NCBI GenBank assembly: GCA_030265395.1
Contig: JARFYF010000052.1
Span: forward strand, 98,197,655 to 98,261,654
Direction of reading: 5' to 3'
From: Rhina ancylostomus
Taxonomy: Eukaryota
DNA length: 64,000 nucleotides
Shown: piece by piece, positions 63,301 through 64,000 of the stretch
Numbering within the stretch: the stretch's first letter is position 1
Layout: every line of letters starts with the position of its first letter
Position numbers and translations under genes: made by a program
Notes under the pieces: model-generated
Database searches by the model: none
Told to the model about the DNA's origin: nothing
The model's input: the letters and a program-made list of their open reading frames with translations, nothing else

Positions 63301-64000
63301 CATTTTTCTAAGTTTGTTGTATTCACTTTTCTTTGCAGCAATGAATGTGAGCTCTCTGCCACTTCTTCTTTTGGCAAAAAGTGCTCTGGTCCCAGAATGG
63401 CAGGAAGGGAGAAGATAAAAGAGCAGTTATTGAATCCCCTGCAAACAATGAAAGTGTTAGGAGAAGGGAAGTAGGTACAGGTGGGAAGGGAAGAGTGAAC
63501 CAGAGAAATGGTCCCTTTGGAATAGTGACGGAGGAGGGAAGGGGAAGACGTATCTGGTGGTGGCATCACATTGGAAACGTGGAGGATAATCCATCAAATG
63601 GAGGCTAGTTGGGTGGAAGGTAAGGATAAACGGAATCCTACCCTTGTTCTGGGTGGAAAAAGATGGAGAGAGAACAAGTGTGTTACAAATGGAACAGAAG
63701 TGGTTGAGGATCTTTCAGCTATAATGGAGTAAACCCACAGTTGAGGATAAAGGGAGACAGAGACAGAGAAACTGAGAGAATGGAGTCCTTACTAGAATTG
63801 GGGTAGGAGGAAGTGCAGTCACAGTGGCTGACTATGACAGAGAGCCTACACCAAGATTTCCAGACAATAAAATAAAAACCTTAGTGGAAGAAGAGGAATG
63901 AAGGCGAGGCAGTTCCTGATAGATACTCAGTTATCAGTGGCGAATGATAAGGGTCATAGCCAGAATTATAGCTGCAAGAACTTCCATACAGTGCAGGAAG

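Larger units (their letters stand above)
61730..63840 (-). mobile_element. Penelope-like retroelement, degraded (GIY-YIG endonuclease region and linker)
   Basis: The minus strand of ~62505-62670 gives frameshifted DPDL...NSLPHCHPDLSVFG...LIF...PSGLN (GIY-YIG C-terminus). The minus strand of ~63480-63650 gives LTFHPTSLH...DATTRYVFPSP...SLVHSSLP (PLE linker). The terminal repeat is at 61730-61850. Confidence 0.75.

Overview
Eukaryotic (vertebrate) genomic DNA, most likely from an elasmobranch and probably a batoid, judged from HE1/V-SINE-, DeuSINE-, CR1- and Penelope-type repeats. It is a gapped draft assembly with many ~100-N gaps. The window holds the tandem NK5/Hmx homeobox pair, both on the + strand and each with two coding exons: HMX1 (19701-19995 + 21060-21670, 301 aa) and, about 11 kb downstream, SOHo-1/HMX4 (32928-~33174 + ~33443-34017). 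The genes lie in a CpG-retaining, relatively repeat-poor domain of about 40 kb with several CNE-like blocks. Beyond ~42.8 kb the DNA is CpG-depleted and dense in nested retroelements: CR1, L2, SINEs, three copies of one Gypsy LTR family with 5-bp TSDs, a decayed Penelope and a tRNA-Ile pseudogene. The most notable unexplained structures are a ~245-bp inverted duplication carrying octamer sites 1.6-2.9 kb upstream of HMX1, a recurring palindromic Penelope-derived mini-element with hammerhead-ribozyme relics, and a rearranged Gypsy element whose gag lies opposite to its LTR. Almost all other ORFs in the track are spurious or transposon debris. I see no prokaryote-type system, and repeat boundaries are estimated by eye.
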